Positions 52,549 through 64,000 of a stretch of DNA of 64,000 nt are shown here, piece after piece (position 1 is the first letter of the stretch; every line of letters starts with the position of its first letter). Made by a program: the position numbers and the translations under genes. Source of the DNA: Balanoglossus misakiensis (Eukaryota > Animalia > Hemichordata). The stretch lies in assembly GCA_040954595.2 (NCBI GenBank), contig CM082580.2:12786909-12850908 (forward strand). The letters are read 5' to 3'. The notes beneath the pieces were generated by a model. That model did not search any database. It was given only the letters and a program-made list of their open reading frames with translations, and was not told where the DNA came from.

Positions 52549-52710
52549 AGTATGTATGTATACTGTGTATGTGTGTATGTATATGTAAAGTAAGGATAGC
52601 TGGAGAAACGATAGGTGGTATTATCGCTACTACATTGTATCGTGAGTCACTGGACTCATCAGGAGACTAAACCGTATGTACCAGTATGTATGTATGTATG
52701 TATGTATGTG
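52549..52710. repeat. (TATG)n microsatellite blocks flanking ~95 bp of unique sequence (possible SINE tail)
   Basis: TATG arrays at ~52549-52586 and ~52685-52709. Confidence 0.6.
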
Positions 52711-54573
52711 GGATTATCCAAATTGCAATAATCCTTATTTGCTACAGGGGTGTATACTTTTTGTTGATGTTAGAGCTTTGGTACCCACAATTAGGCAATA
52801 AAATTGTTGTCGGAGCGCCCTCACACGACTGAATCTTTTAATCTACGTGGTCATTTGAAATCAGGTGATGGCGCAGGTGTGGTTAATCTTCGAATATAAA
52901 ACATTATTTGTAACAGGTAAACGTTCCTTTTGTGAGCTGGTGTGACGTCATGGATTTCTAGTACTTTTCAATTATTCCAGAAGCTTTGTCCATGCTCCAG
53001 CGTTTGGGAAGTTCAAATTGACAGTTCATACACCAAGGGAAAGAAAGTAACTTGCGCATGTAGTCTCCGGTTGTGGTAAGATTTTTTCACAAACTTGTCT
53101 CAGTTCGATTGGCTCCTTACTTCGTGCCACGATCTGACCCTATAGCTAGGACATGCTCTGACCCTCCCAGGTCTCTTAAAATCGTCGTGTAAATGCATCA
53201 TGTATTTTACAGTCGCCATACACATCATTACCCGCGTGACCTAACATAACATGACATTTTGCATAAACAGAAGCTGGTTTATTGGAGACCCAGATCTAGA
53301 TTTCGGCGTCCCGGGGTGAACTCTGTCGTCCCCAGCTTAAAAGTAGTAGTTTTCTGGGCAGTCATCGAGATCTGCTGGTGTTGCTATAGGGATATCATAG
53401 CGATAGCGTCGAGCGGAGAAGATTGCGGTCCATAACTGTATGTCTGTTGGCTCTGCTCTGGTAAATATTACCTGGAGAGCAATACCAATCAACGTTAGAC
53501 TTTGGGTTTATTTATCCGAGATGGTCGTCCGATACGCGTAGCGGTCAAATGCGACACTCGAACTCATCACTCTTGCGTCGTGTCTTCTTGTACGGTGACT
53601 CCTGGACTGATTTGCTCGAAGTGAACAGTTGGTCCAGTTCGAGCAGTTTCGAAACCAACTTACGCGCCAGTTGAAGGGCAGATTACCCAGCGGTATACCG
53701 CACTGATGCGTCAATTTTTGACAAAATACAAATCCTTCTATCAGTCGTTGGTCACGGATAGTTGATTTTGCAGGTAAGGGATTACCTTTTGTGGGAGAAC
53801 ACTGGAATTCACTGGAATCTCACTCGACATGGCCTAAATTGACAATTCAATAATTTGTTAAACTCTGGCCTTAATCCGTATAACTGTTCAATCATGCTGT
53901 AATAGCACTGCTGGGTATTTATTTGCTTCTAAAAAGTAATACCTGCCAGTGGTAACGTAAATGTTTCAAAGCTGGTCGGATTTGACCTTGATCCTGTCAC
54001 GATTTTATTAACTCTGTTTGTCGCTTTATAAACAAACCCATGATGTATGTTGGTCAAAGTTCTCGGATATACCATATGGAGTTATTACTGGGTGGGGATG
54101 GGGCCACGGTCTCCGCAGGAGCTTCTATGAATAAATTTAATCCCTTCATAGATTACGCAGGAGGGGGACATTCGCATCATGGTGCATTTAAAGATGAATT
54201 CAGCATTCCTTGCATTGTTTTCCGAGATTTCTCGCGCTTTTCTGGTGATCACCATTGACAGCCATTCCAACGTAACGGTATTAATTGTATAGAAAACCCC
54301 AGAAAAAAATAAGCTGTTAACATTATTCCCAGCATCACTTAGACATGCCCTTTGTGCAGGCTCACAGATTCCCCTCTATTGTTTTTGTCAAAGTCTCTTG
54401 TGTTCCGTCCACAATAGGTGCATCCAAGGGAGAAATCAGAGCCCCGCTACATCCTTCGTGTACCTTGACAGGTCTTTTTGTGTATATGCATGGGAATCTA
54501 GTTTAGCTCCAGCAGAGTGTTAAATTGTCCTTTCCTAATCCTCTCCAGCTAATACTTGGAACGGGTCACAAGA

Positions 54574-55283
54574 ATGGAGTACCAGCAACGGGGAGAAATG
54601 TCCGACTCGGCGGCTTTGAGCGCGGCGTCGTTGCTCATTCTCGATCACCAGCTTTCGCAGAAACTTCAGGTAGAAGATGTCATCAGGTTTGTCAATCAAG
54701 ACTCTTCTAGAGTTTGCAATGGTTTGCTTTTGTATGTGTAATATTAGGTGCGCAGTCGCGACGCCGCGATGTACGCTTCGATCAACTGGAATCGAACTGT
54801 ACAGTTGTGTATGAATTTTTGGCGAGTTTTCCCCCAAGCAAATTCAGGTGTTTCTAAATCAAATGCTCTCTTCAGAAACACCAGACACAAATAGTTTAGT
54901 CTATAAACTTACTATCGACAATACAGTGAATGGACTTGGGGTTCCAGTAGAACGGTCACAACGACGACAAAGGCGTGGTACGTTTTTAACAGTATAAAAG
55001 TTTCTGAATTCCGGGCAGGTTCCCATGCATATTGAAGAAATCAACGTTCTGTCGCATTTACAGATACTTGAGCACAAGCAGGATTCTGTCGTCGGACGAG
55101 GTCCGTTATGTCACTGATGGTGCCACGGAGAAAATTCGACGGGATCGCCTGCTCGCCAAACTGCGGCTTAGCGGCGTGTATGGCTACTGGTCACTGCGGG
55201 AAGCCATGTCGGTATACGGACAAAAATATGCCAGTCTGGTGCAAGCGATAGACAACACGCTGCCGGTGTCTCGTAAATATTAA
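54574..55283 (+). CDS. Small CARD-only (death-fold) protein, 110 aa
   Basis: Exons 54574-54686 and 55064-55283 (333 nt, phase-2 intron), with an in-frame TAA upstream of the ATG. The sequence LSQKLQVEDVIRYLSTSRILSSDEVRYV...TEKIRRDRLLAKLRLSGVYGYWSLREAM...YASLVQAI fits the CARD six-helix pattern. Confidence 0.75.
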
Positions 55284-56739
55284 GTGATAAGCTCAGCTTC
55301 TAGGAAAGGATTCGTTTGTGATTCAGAAAGGACACTTGTTTCAGTGCTCATCGATTACATGGATCAGAAATGTAATACATTTAGTGACGTTTTGCACAGT
55401 CTCTAAGTGATCTGGACCAAAACATACTCGATGCAAATTGTCAGGTAGCTTGCTGTCGAATTTTTCAACCTGTTTCGCGTCGCGGACGGCGAAGAACATT
55501 ATTGTTGGTCGTTTGACCTGCAGGGTATTCTTGGGGGTTATGGGTACACGTAAGCTCTACTTAGCTTAGAACTTGCAATGAAATGACAGAGGTATTTTAC
55601 TCGTTCAATGGTTGCTCATTCCAAAACACACGTGCCCAAGGGCCCGATCTATCAGCGGTGTGGGCCAGTGCACAGCCCATTCACAGCGCCCTCTGTTGTG
55701 TGCCATGTGTGACTATATAGTGCTGATTTTATTTGACAGAATGTCGATCAACCATATGTTTTATCAGATCATATTTTAGCAGTAAACAGAATGTTTAGGT
55801 ATAAAGTTCATCGAATGACGAAGAAGGCAAATATTTGAACGAGACAACTGTTTACCGTATAAATACACTGAATCTTGTTTTTGCATTTGATTCTGTACAG
55901 TACGTGTATTCAAACTGAACGCGACTGTGGAATTGTTTGCTTCGTTGCATGACGACACATAACATGCATCTTTTTGACGCGAATCTAATATTATTGTTTC
56001 ACACCAAACTGGTCATTTAAAAGATATGAAATTTGAAATCAATACGACACATGACACACGAATATGATGATTACTTATAATGAATTTTATTCAGATTTTT
56101 AAACAGCACTTAGTCATGTGTATGTATTGCAGAAAGTATACAACTATAAAAATCTCATTAAAATGAATTTGAAAAACGTATTAATACTGGTACCAACAAT
56201 TAACAGGAAATATTTTCATAAAAAACTACTGAGTCGTTTTTCATTTAAAAGTGTTGGCAGAGATCTTAAATTTACTTATAAATGACGCATTACATGTAAA
56301 TGAGGAGGATTTCAGAAAGGCGGTGACGAACAGTGATCCACATGAAAGATGGCCGCCTGGACGGTTCGGGATTCGACACGCATCGTGCCCTTCTGGTGTC
56401 CAGAGTAAAAGCAGTCATTACATGGATATCCGAATAATGTCGGGTTAGGCCACATCAAACAATAATATGAATTATTAATGTTGGGGCAAGACTTTATAGA
56501 CAACGCTCTGTTATATACGGGCAGGGCGAAGCGTTAGTACATGTATATTCAAATGCTGACACTTTGGTCTATATTATGCTATGTTCACCAGAGTAGCGTG
56601 GTTATAGAGGCAGTGACTGAATGATATGGCCTCAGAAATACCATGGCAACACAACACCGCTTTGTCGAAGCTCCATTTGCTCTAACTTTGGGGTATTTTT
56701 CAGTATTCTTAATAGGACATAAAATTGTAAAAATTGCCC

Positions 56740-59700
56740 TTAAATTTGTGTCTCCGGGCAAATGTCTAGAATTTCATCTTTGTCTGTAAGGAAACTGTCC
56801 TGTGTAGGAGTGATGCTGAGCCCCGCAGCCGAGATTTTGACTTTAGTCCTGGGTATGTCCAAAGCACACGATGACTTGGCTATGAAAATGTCCGAGTCGT
56901 CCTCTTCGCCCTCTAGAGACGGTTCCCCGGGCATCCCTTCGTCTGCGTTGGATTTCGTTTTCTCCGTGAAGTAATCCTCGTTGAAATTCAACTCGGATTC
57001 CGATCGTCCAGACACGTGTCTTTCCAGGGTGCAGCGACCTTTCTTCGGGGTCGCATCGATGTCTTCTTCTTCATCGCCGTTGATAGTCATGCTTTCCATG
57101 GCTAACGTTGTCGTGCCTGCGGCGAAGACATCCGCGTCGCCGCCCAGCGAACTGGCGCCGTCATCGTCGTCGAGGGTTGCTTGAGACCCAAAGTCACTGG
57201 TACCACAGCCTATAGCAGAAATAAATGAGGTAAAATGTTTAAGTGCTATGTTTTGAATTTCTGCCCACTTTCTGAGTGTCTTTGCCGGTCGTGTGTGCGT
57301 TTTATTCTAAGAGTAAAATGTTCATAGCTAGAAGGCGCTTTATAACCACGCCCTCTGGTTTTGGATGTTGTCTGCGCCACAAGAACAAAATGCCCACTCA
57401 CTGGATTCGACTTCAAAATTGATCTCCAAGCTGGATTCGTCGCTCTCCGCGCCCACACCGACACCTCGCGGTCCATCAGGGAGTTTGAATTCCCTGCTGT
57501 AGTGGATTTCGTCTGAGATTTGTTCAAGGAGCTTCAGTGAGTTTGCGTACTTCTTTTTGGCGCTGATGACTGCTTTCTGCAATTCCACCACGTTCTGCTT
57601 CTGCTGCTGAAGTTGTGACGACCCCTCCGCCCTCAGTTCGAAGTAGGGCCTGGAAAAGGGACGATATATCCACAGTTAACTTGGGGATCAAAAATTGAAC
57701 TTGAAACGTTACAGTATAAACTACTGGCTTCTCTAAAGGCTGGTAACAGTTTTGATACACACACGATGAAAATCGGTGTAATTCATTTTTCACAGCGCCC
57801 TCCTCTTACTGCACAAAACTTACTTCGATTTGGATATCGTTCTCTTCAGTTTCTTTGAAAGCTGGTTGACATTCGCGCACGCTTCGGCGAACTTTTCCGA
57901 TTTCAGCTTGTGTTCTTCCTCGCTCTTCGACTTCTCTCGTTCCGCATCCATCACCTGCGAAAGTATACAAACAGATGTTTGAAATATGGCGGCGGTTGTC
58001 CTGTGGTGATGGTGGTGGTGGTGGTGATGATGATAGTGGTAGTGGTGTCTGTGGAGGGGGATTGCACCATAAATTCATTCACCTTTATCGTGGCGTGATT
58101 CAACATCTCCTGCCAAGCAGTGTCGAAACATCTTTCCGGGTCGCTGAGAAGTCGTTCCTCTGCCAGCTGTATGGTTTCCCTGGCAGCCCTGTGTACTCCG
58201 GACGCTTGCTGGTACTTCCTCGCCGCTTGCTGCGCTTCCACTTGAGCCTAACAAAATACATAGAGTACACTTGACTGTTTACACAGTATAGCTTTAATAT
58301 TTGTTCAATTTTACACCCTTGACCAGAAGACAAGGCGTTTCAAATATCCAGGGACGAAAAACAGACCTGTGAACAAGGTTTAAATTAACAAACAACAGGG
58401 GCGCGAGGTTTTTATTTATATTCCACGATGCGACAAAATACTTCACCTTGCATAGGAAAGACCTGTACATGTAGCGCAGAATGCGAGCAGGTTGAACGTT
58501 TCGTTGCTCGAGTTTTCAATTTCCTGCTAAATATTCCGTGGTACAAAAATAGCTATTTATAAATTGTAAATTTGGGGAATTCCTTAAATTGGACACTTTA
58601 CATCTACATGCCAGTGTTATCTCTAATGGGTATTGATAAATACAGGTGAACTGTCAGATAACCCCCGACAATGCAATTACGATCCGGGTATCAACGGTGA
58701 AGCATTGTCGTTTGTCACGCAAAAACACAATAAACGATATCAAACAAAGGCATTGTCACGTTGGTATGGGGAAATATAAAATTCCTTGGCACGATTGGCT
58801 CGGGCTATGTATTCGCTTTGACCTTTTGCAAGTTAGATGACCGAGGATACGGAACTACGTATAAAGGACGCAAAGGCGGATATATATCTTTAGAAAAGAA
58901 GGATGTTTTCTATTACAGAATAAGTTTACTAAAATCATTATATTCAACGCAAGAAAGGTCAGGAAACAAACTATTTTACGAAAAGATAGAAATCAAGAAA
59001 CGTCTGGCTCAATGTATTATTGTAATTCATCAAAAAGAGACAGAATTTCGGCTTGTTAAAACCGGTCAGAAGATTGTATTGTCAAACTTAGTTATTAACT
59101 GTCAATTCACACATACCTCGCCAACCACCTTCACGGCTTCATAATAGGGTCTTGCTTTCCGAACAGTCCGTTTATTTTTCTGAGCGAAAAGGTTGAGTTT
59201 CTGTGTGAACATCGTCTGGGTTTGTCGAAACTTTGCTCTGGCCTCCTGGAATATATGAAGGTCAAAGGAAGGTCAGGGAAAAGCGAAGGTCAATGTCAGG
59301 CTAAATTTTCAGTTAATCAGCTCACGTCTCATTATAAGACACGGAAGCATATATTTCAAAATATAATGAAAAGATATAGCTAGAACAAACAAACCGATTT
59401 ATTCTGTCAGTTCAAAATCAATTACTTCGTGGTAATACTTACATCAAGTTCATTTTCGAGCCTGTTAATTTCATCAGTCGAAGCATTCAACTGGTCCAGT
59501 TCAGCCTGAAATAAGCAAGTGCACAGAATTATGCCTAAGCAAACATATAGCACAATTATGACGTGTTCGCACAACATATGATCATGTTCATGTAAGTGTT
59601 TGATATTTGATATAGACAGAGCAAGTGAAAACGAATATACGCCCTAAAGACAGGTCTCCGGTTCACGCGATATCGGAGTCGGTCTTCGCAGTGACCTTGG

Positions 59701-61519
59701 TCTCCTTATATATTTAGGTTACCGGAAAGATGACAATCTTCCCAGATCCTAGATTTGCCGTGCGAAGGGCGAAGTGGAGAGCTGTGTTTTGACACATAAG
59801 TTTTCGACCACTCGGTATTTTATTGGGGAAAATTTCGCTTTTACAAACTACATTTCTGGACTGCTGACGGGAAAAAAATCAACTGAAGATATGTCGATCC
59901 CTAAATCAACCAAAACTTTGGACATTAAACGGTGATCCAGCCCAAGAGTCTAGGTCAACACACTCTATCATTGCGCAAAATTGCACGTTGAAGACAGTTC
60001 CCCTTTTATCAACACTTTGACAGTATTTAAACGATTCATCTCCTTATTTCGTTCCCAGTTTTTCATATCGCGTTTGAATCACAGCGAAGGGAATGGCTCG
60101 ACAAGGCAATGAAAAATTCTCAGGCTGTCAGATAATACTGGAATTCAAATCAAGTTCGACACAGTGACCCAAATAATATGTTGGGCGGTCAAAGGTTTCC
60201 GATGCCATGCCCGATACGAATGTTAGTTGTTACGTACACAGAGAACCCGCTGCGGACTTTGTGAACCCAGTGGCGTAATTGTGTCACGAACTGTGCTATA
60301 TTTGTCTACCAAGGTCTCTGCTTGAAACATGGTTTTAAAGCCTTTTGGCGTTCTGTCCGACGTTTGGGGTAGAAGGCGAGAAATGTTCTCCCCTCCCCCC
60401 TCTTTCTCTCTTCCCTCTTTCTGGATTCTGCAACATGATTCACTTACTACACATCCACACACTGTGTAAGGTCTATGTTTACAGTCCATCTATGGTCTGA
60501 CTAAAGTCGCGTTATTATACCGCGCCTTCTTTTCGTCTGGCCTTCAATACTACGCACGTCTTTTCACTGTAACCACTGGCCCGTGACAACTTGTTTTATC
60601 CCCATTGATGCATTGTTGGCATTGTAACAGGACAAACGCAACAGTTGGGTGACTCACGCATTTCAAAGAAGTGCGTCTCTTTCAAAAAAGGAGGATTGAA
60701 CCCCGCATGCTTGTTTGATTGTTGCCAGAAACACGAATACCAACAGACATTCCCTGTTATTAGCATAGAATCGAGTCTACTGTCAGTGGTATAGTATGGT
60801 TAACATGCATTCAATTCTGTGTTATGAACCGTCTGTTAACCCTCTGGCAAGGTTGTTAAAAGTAAAGTCAGTTTACGGTTTAATATACATGTAGATTCTG
60901 TGCATTGTTCTGGAAATAAACATATATAGTTGCATTTGCCCACCATGACTTTAGGAACCATACTTCACGGTCATTCTGTAAATGTTTAATTCAAGTTCTA
61001 CCTGTTATGCAAATTTGTCTCGTCGAAATTAAAATGGAGCGAAAAATCAAATTTGCACGGTTGTTTGCATACGCGATAGGCGATAATAAACACACACTTG
61101 CCATGATTGAGGCCATAGGAAAACAATGCTTACTATCTAGAACTTTGGCCTTTGTGTATTGTAATCTGGGTACTAAAGCCCCAATTTGACTTTGACTTTG
61201 AAAGCGTGTGGACCATCAAGGTTTTGAAATTTGTCATGTTCTCTGTGCTGTTTTCAATAAATTCCCTGGATGTCTTAAGTGTTTACAGCAGACGTTTTAC
61301 GGCGAATGGTGAGTAGGGGCGGATCCCCTTGCCGTACCAAGACTTTAAAAACACTGACCGGCTGTTGTTAATGCGTCACAATTGCTGTATGTACCCCAAA
61401 CTTGGTTTTATAACCAACAGGAAAAAAAGTTGAAAAAGAACGCTTACTTTTATCCGCGGGTCAAGATTGCTGTCGTCTTCACCTTCCCCACAGGGAAGGG
61501 AGTTTTCCTTGTCCGTCAT
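56740..61519 (-). CDS. SH3BP5: SH3 domain-binding protein 5 (Sab/parcas family, Rab11 GEF)
   Basis: Exons 61448-61519, 59443-59505, 59117-59245, 58083-58247, 57824-57954, 57402-57649, 56740-57209. Motifs LDPRIKAELDQLNASTDEINRLENELD, KARPYYE, DTAWQEMLNHATIKV, KSKPYFE, LEQISDEIH, PRGVGVGAE. Confidence 0.95.
58005..58047. repeat. (GGT/GAT)n trinucleotide run in an SH3BP5 intron
   Basis: ggtgatggtggtggtggtggtgatgatgatagtggtagtggtg. Confidence 0.85.
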
Positions 61520-61783
61520 GTGGAAGCCGTTCCTTCGCTCAGCAGCAGCACAGTCAAACAGTGTCACCTTCCCACCAACGGTTTCCGTGCTACTAAACGA
61601 TAGGTACCGGACTGCGCTCGGCTGTTGGCCAGTCGTGTGTGGGGTCAAAGGGCATACCCTCTATAGCGCCACCAGAAAACAAATAACGAACGCCAGAGGG
61701 CGTTGTTCAATTACAGGATTTGAAAATGGCGGCGCCATCGGGAACAGACTTCTGAAACTGTCGAAACTGTTACACTGAAGCAG
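61520..61783. promoter_or_regulatory. Putative bidirectional promoter (SH3BP5 / downstream gene)
   Basis: GC-enriched. YY1-type AAAATGGCGGC at ~61723, CTCF-like GCCAGAGGGCG at ~61692 and GCGCCACCAG at ~61666, plus-strand donor CAG|GTGGGT at 61783. Confidence 0.5.
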
Positions 61784-62035
61784 GTGGGTACGCTTTACAT
61801 TATTCCAAAATTTTAGTGAATATACTCAACCAAATTCTTTATCTTGTTAGTTCTCTCTTAAATGAGCCCGACAGTTTTATTTATTCGTGAATCAGCAAAA
61901 GTTTATACTGTACTCGATAAAAGTAGATGGAGGGGGGGGGGGGTTGTATGGGAACTAGTGTTCACATCAATGTGGTGTTACCTTTCACCTGTCTTTTGCT
62001 TTTCATAATCAAGAAGCCCAAACAGATTAGAAGCC

Positions 62036-62806
62036 ATGCCTAACATACCAACATTCAAGCAACACAGCAGATTGACCAGCAACAACACTGGCAGGGACAC
62101 CAGTGCCTTAGATGTCTATGAATTCAACGAGCCTGGTTGTGATGTCAAGCCCAGTACTAAAGAGAAGCAGTGTAAGCACAGAGTGAAGGTTAGTTCATAT
62201 TAGTGTTTTTCATGTATGAATCAAGGTAATCGTACTATTGAACCTGTTAACATCCCCAAAAGTGAAAAGTTGCTGGTCCACTTGCCACAGATGATCACAA
62301 CTGGTGATTTTTGACATTTCAGCCTGAAGTGGTGCAGGGTGTGCTCAATCTTATATTCAAAACCCAGCAAAGCATACAACATCTGAGAGAGAGGGAACAA
62401 CAGCTGATAGCAAAGGATCAAGAACAAGGTTAGATACTGCCACTAATCCAGGGTGGGATTATGACACTAATTCCTTTGGTGTAAATCTGTCCTTATGTGC
62501 TATCATAAATATCCAGAAGTTACACGGCTCGATCTTGCTGTGGAGTTCTTGTTTGTTTACTTAGTTCCTTTGCATCTGTTCCTACTGTTATTCGCCAGTT
62601 TTGGAAGCTGTTAAACAGAACCATTAAATGTCTGTGACCACTCCCGCCCCTTCTCCATTTCAGATGACATGTCTGGTGGCAAAGGAAAGCTGCCATCTTC
62701 TAAAAAGAAGAGCAAAACAGAGACAAAGCATGAAGGTAAACTGCAGAAGAGAGGACTCGATGTATCAGTGTCATCGGCAGCTTGTGTTCACTTCAAGAAA
62801 ACTAAG
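62036..62806 (+). CDS. 5' portion of an uncharacterized gene (basic/coiled-coil); 3' end not resolved
   Basis: Phase-compatible exons 62036-62188, 62323-62428, 62664-62806: MPNIPTFKQ...ALDVYEFNE...|PEVVQGVLNLIFKTQQSIQHLREREQQLIAKDQEQ|DDMSGGKGKLPSSKKKSK... Confidence 0.6.
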
Positions 62807-64000
62807 GTAGGTCAATGAATAATGACATCGGTATTACTATAATCCTAGCAAACTAGTTCTAGAGGGTAAGTTATTGGCTATTACTAACAGTAACAGCCAT
62901 GCATGTCTTGCTCATAAGGTCAAGTGGGATTGATATTGCCAAAAACAACCTTAAAAATGGCCATGTGGTGGTACTTTTTTTTTTGCGTGGCCACCCTGTA
63001 TCCTGTGGCTATCGCACAATCCATGCCATTAAAAGTATTTGAATAATTGAAATCAGTAACATCAGTAGACCTTATCACAGTTTGTTGAGTTGAAGGATGA
63101 GGTTTCTTCTTAGGCAGAATGATTTCATGTGATATATGATGCTGTTTAAAAGGATTGCCTCAATGGTAATAATATATTTTCACATTTGCTGCTGTAGATG
63201 GGATTGTACGTGATCAGTTGGTGTCTGTTATTTGCCCACCTCCTGACCTACTTTTGTTGTCGTTTCAATTTATATCCCGCTATGTTCCATCTGCCCCTTT
63301 TGCCATTCCTTCAAGCAGTTTCGGATACAAACAGATCGATGATGGCTTAATTCTCACACCAGAAATCAACATCCAATTTTTCTCAGGAAGTCAATCACAT
63401 TGATTTATTATTCAGTTCACACAGAGTGTAGCCAACTCTTCCTAGTGTACTTTTTCTTGTTCACGTTGATATACATTTCAGTTCATTACAAATTGGCCAT
63501 TGGCCTTGAAGGGATCTCATTACTTTAGTTGCTAAGCAACAGTTACCAAGTTTGATGTGGCTTAATGAAGGAGAACTCGGAGAAACATTGATAGCAACCT
63601 CCACATTTGTGCAGTTAGATCCCCCTAGAAATCAATTTTCTGATGACACAGCACCCTTGGCTTGTGAATATATATGTTTCAAAAATTGTTATTATACATG
63701 TATGTCTAAATTGCATGCTTAATATTTGTCTTGCTATCATGTGACAAACTCAAATTGAAAGGTTTGACAACCGTTATTGTGTCACGGCAAATGCCCATTG
63801 CAAAAGGAAATGGACATTTCATGTGAACATGAATTAAGAAACATACACTGCATATAATATCTTCATGCCATCCTTGAAAGCACAGCAGCAGGGACGCTCA
63901 GTCACTTCCTTAGCGGGTCGTTATCTTGACAGTAAAATTGATGCAGTGTGCATCATGTGGAGAAGGCGCACGCAGATGCATTATTGAACAGACAGGCGCA

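Noticed and set aside
63199-63403. Candidate further exon of the last gene
   Set aside because: An acceptor is present but the peptide is not convincing; there is no independent support.

Overview
This is eukaryotic, intron-rich animal DNA with GT-AG introns of about 100-400 bp. It is probably from a marine invertebrate deuterostome such as a hemichordate or echinoderm (inference). The genes are tightly packed and largely arranged head-to-head. Hand-spliced gene models, left to right: (1) a giant minus-strand secreted or surface glycoprotein of roughly 3,900 aa inside the window, running off the left edge. It is built from repeats resembling bacterial DUF11/fimbrial-adhesin domains, and unrelated Cys-rich modules, an EGF-like module and a split WSC domain are inserted into its loops. 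(2) C1orf131/DUF4602 homolog. (3) Tectonic. (4) An unknown 205-aa protein. (5) A secreted protein with two FN3-like domains. (6) A receptor tyrosine kinase with an unusual cadherin-X-EGF-Ig-EGF ectodomain. (7) NADSYN1 with a long C-terminal extension. (8) A small CARD-only gene. (9) SH3BP5. (10) The 5' part of an unknown gene. There are also two MITE families, a ~145-bp tandem repeat and microsatellites. No rRNA, tRNA or CRISPR was recognised. All exon coordinates were derived by eye and may be off by a few bases. No database searches were run.
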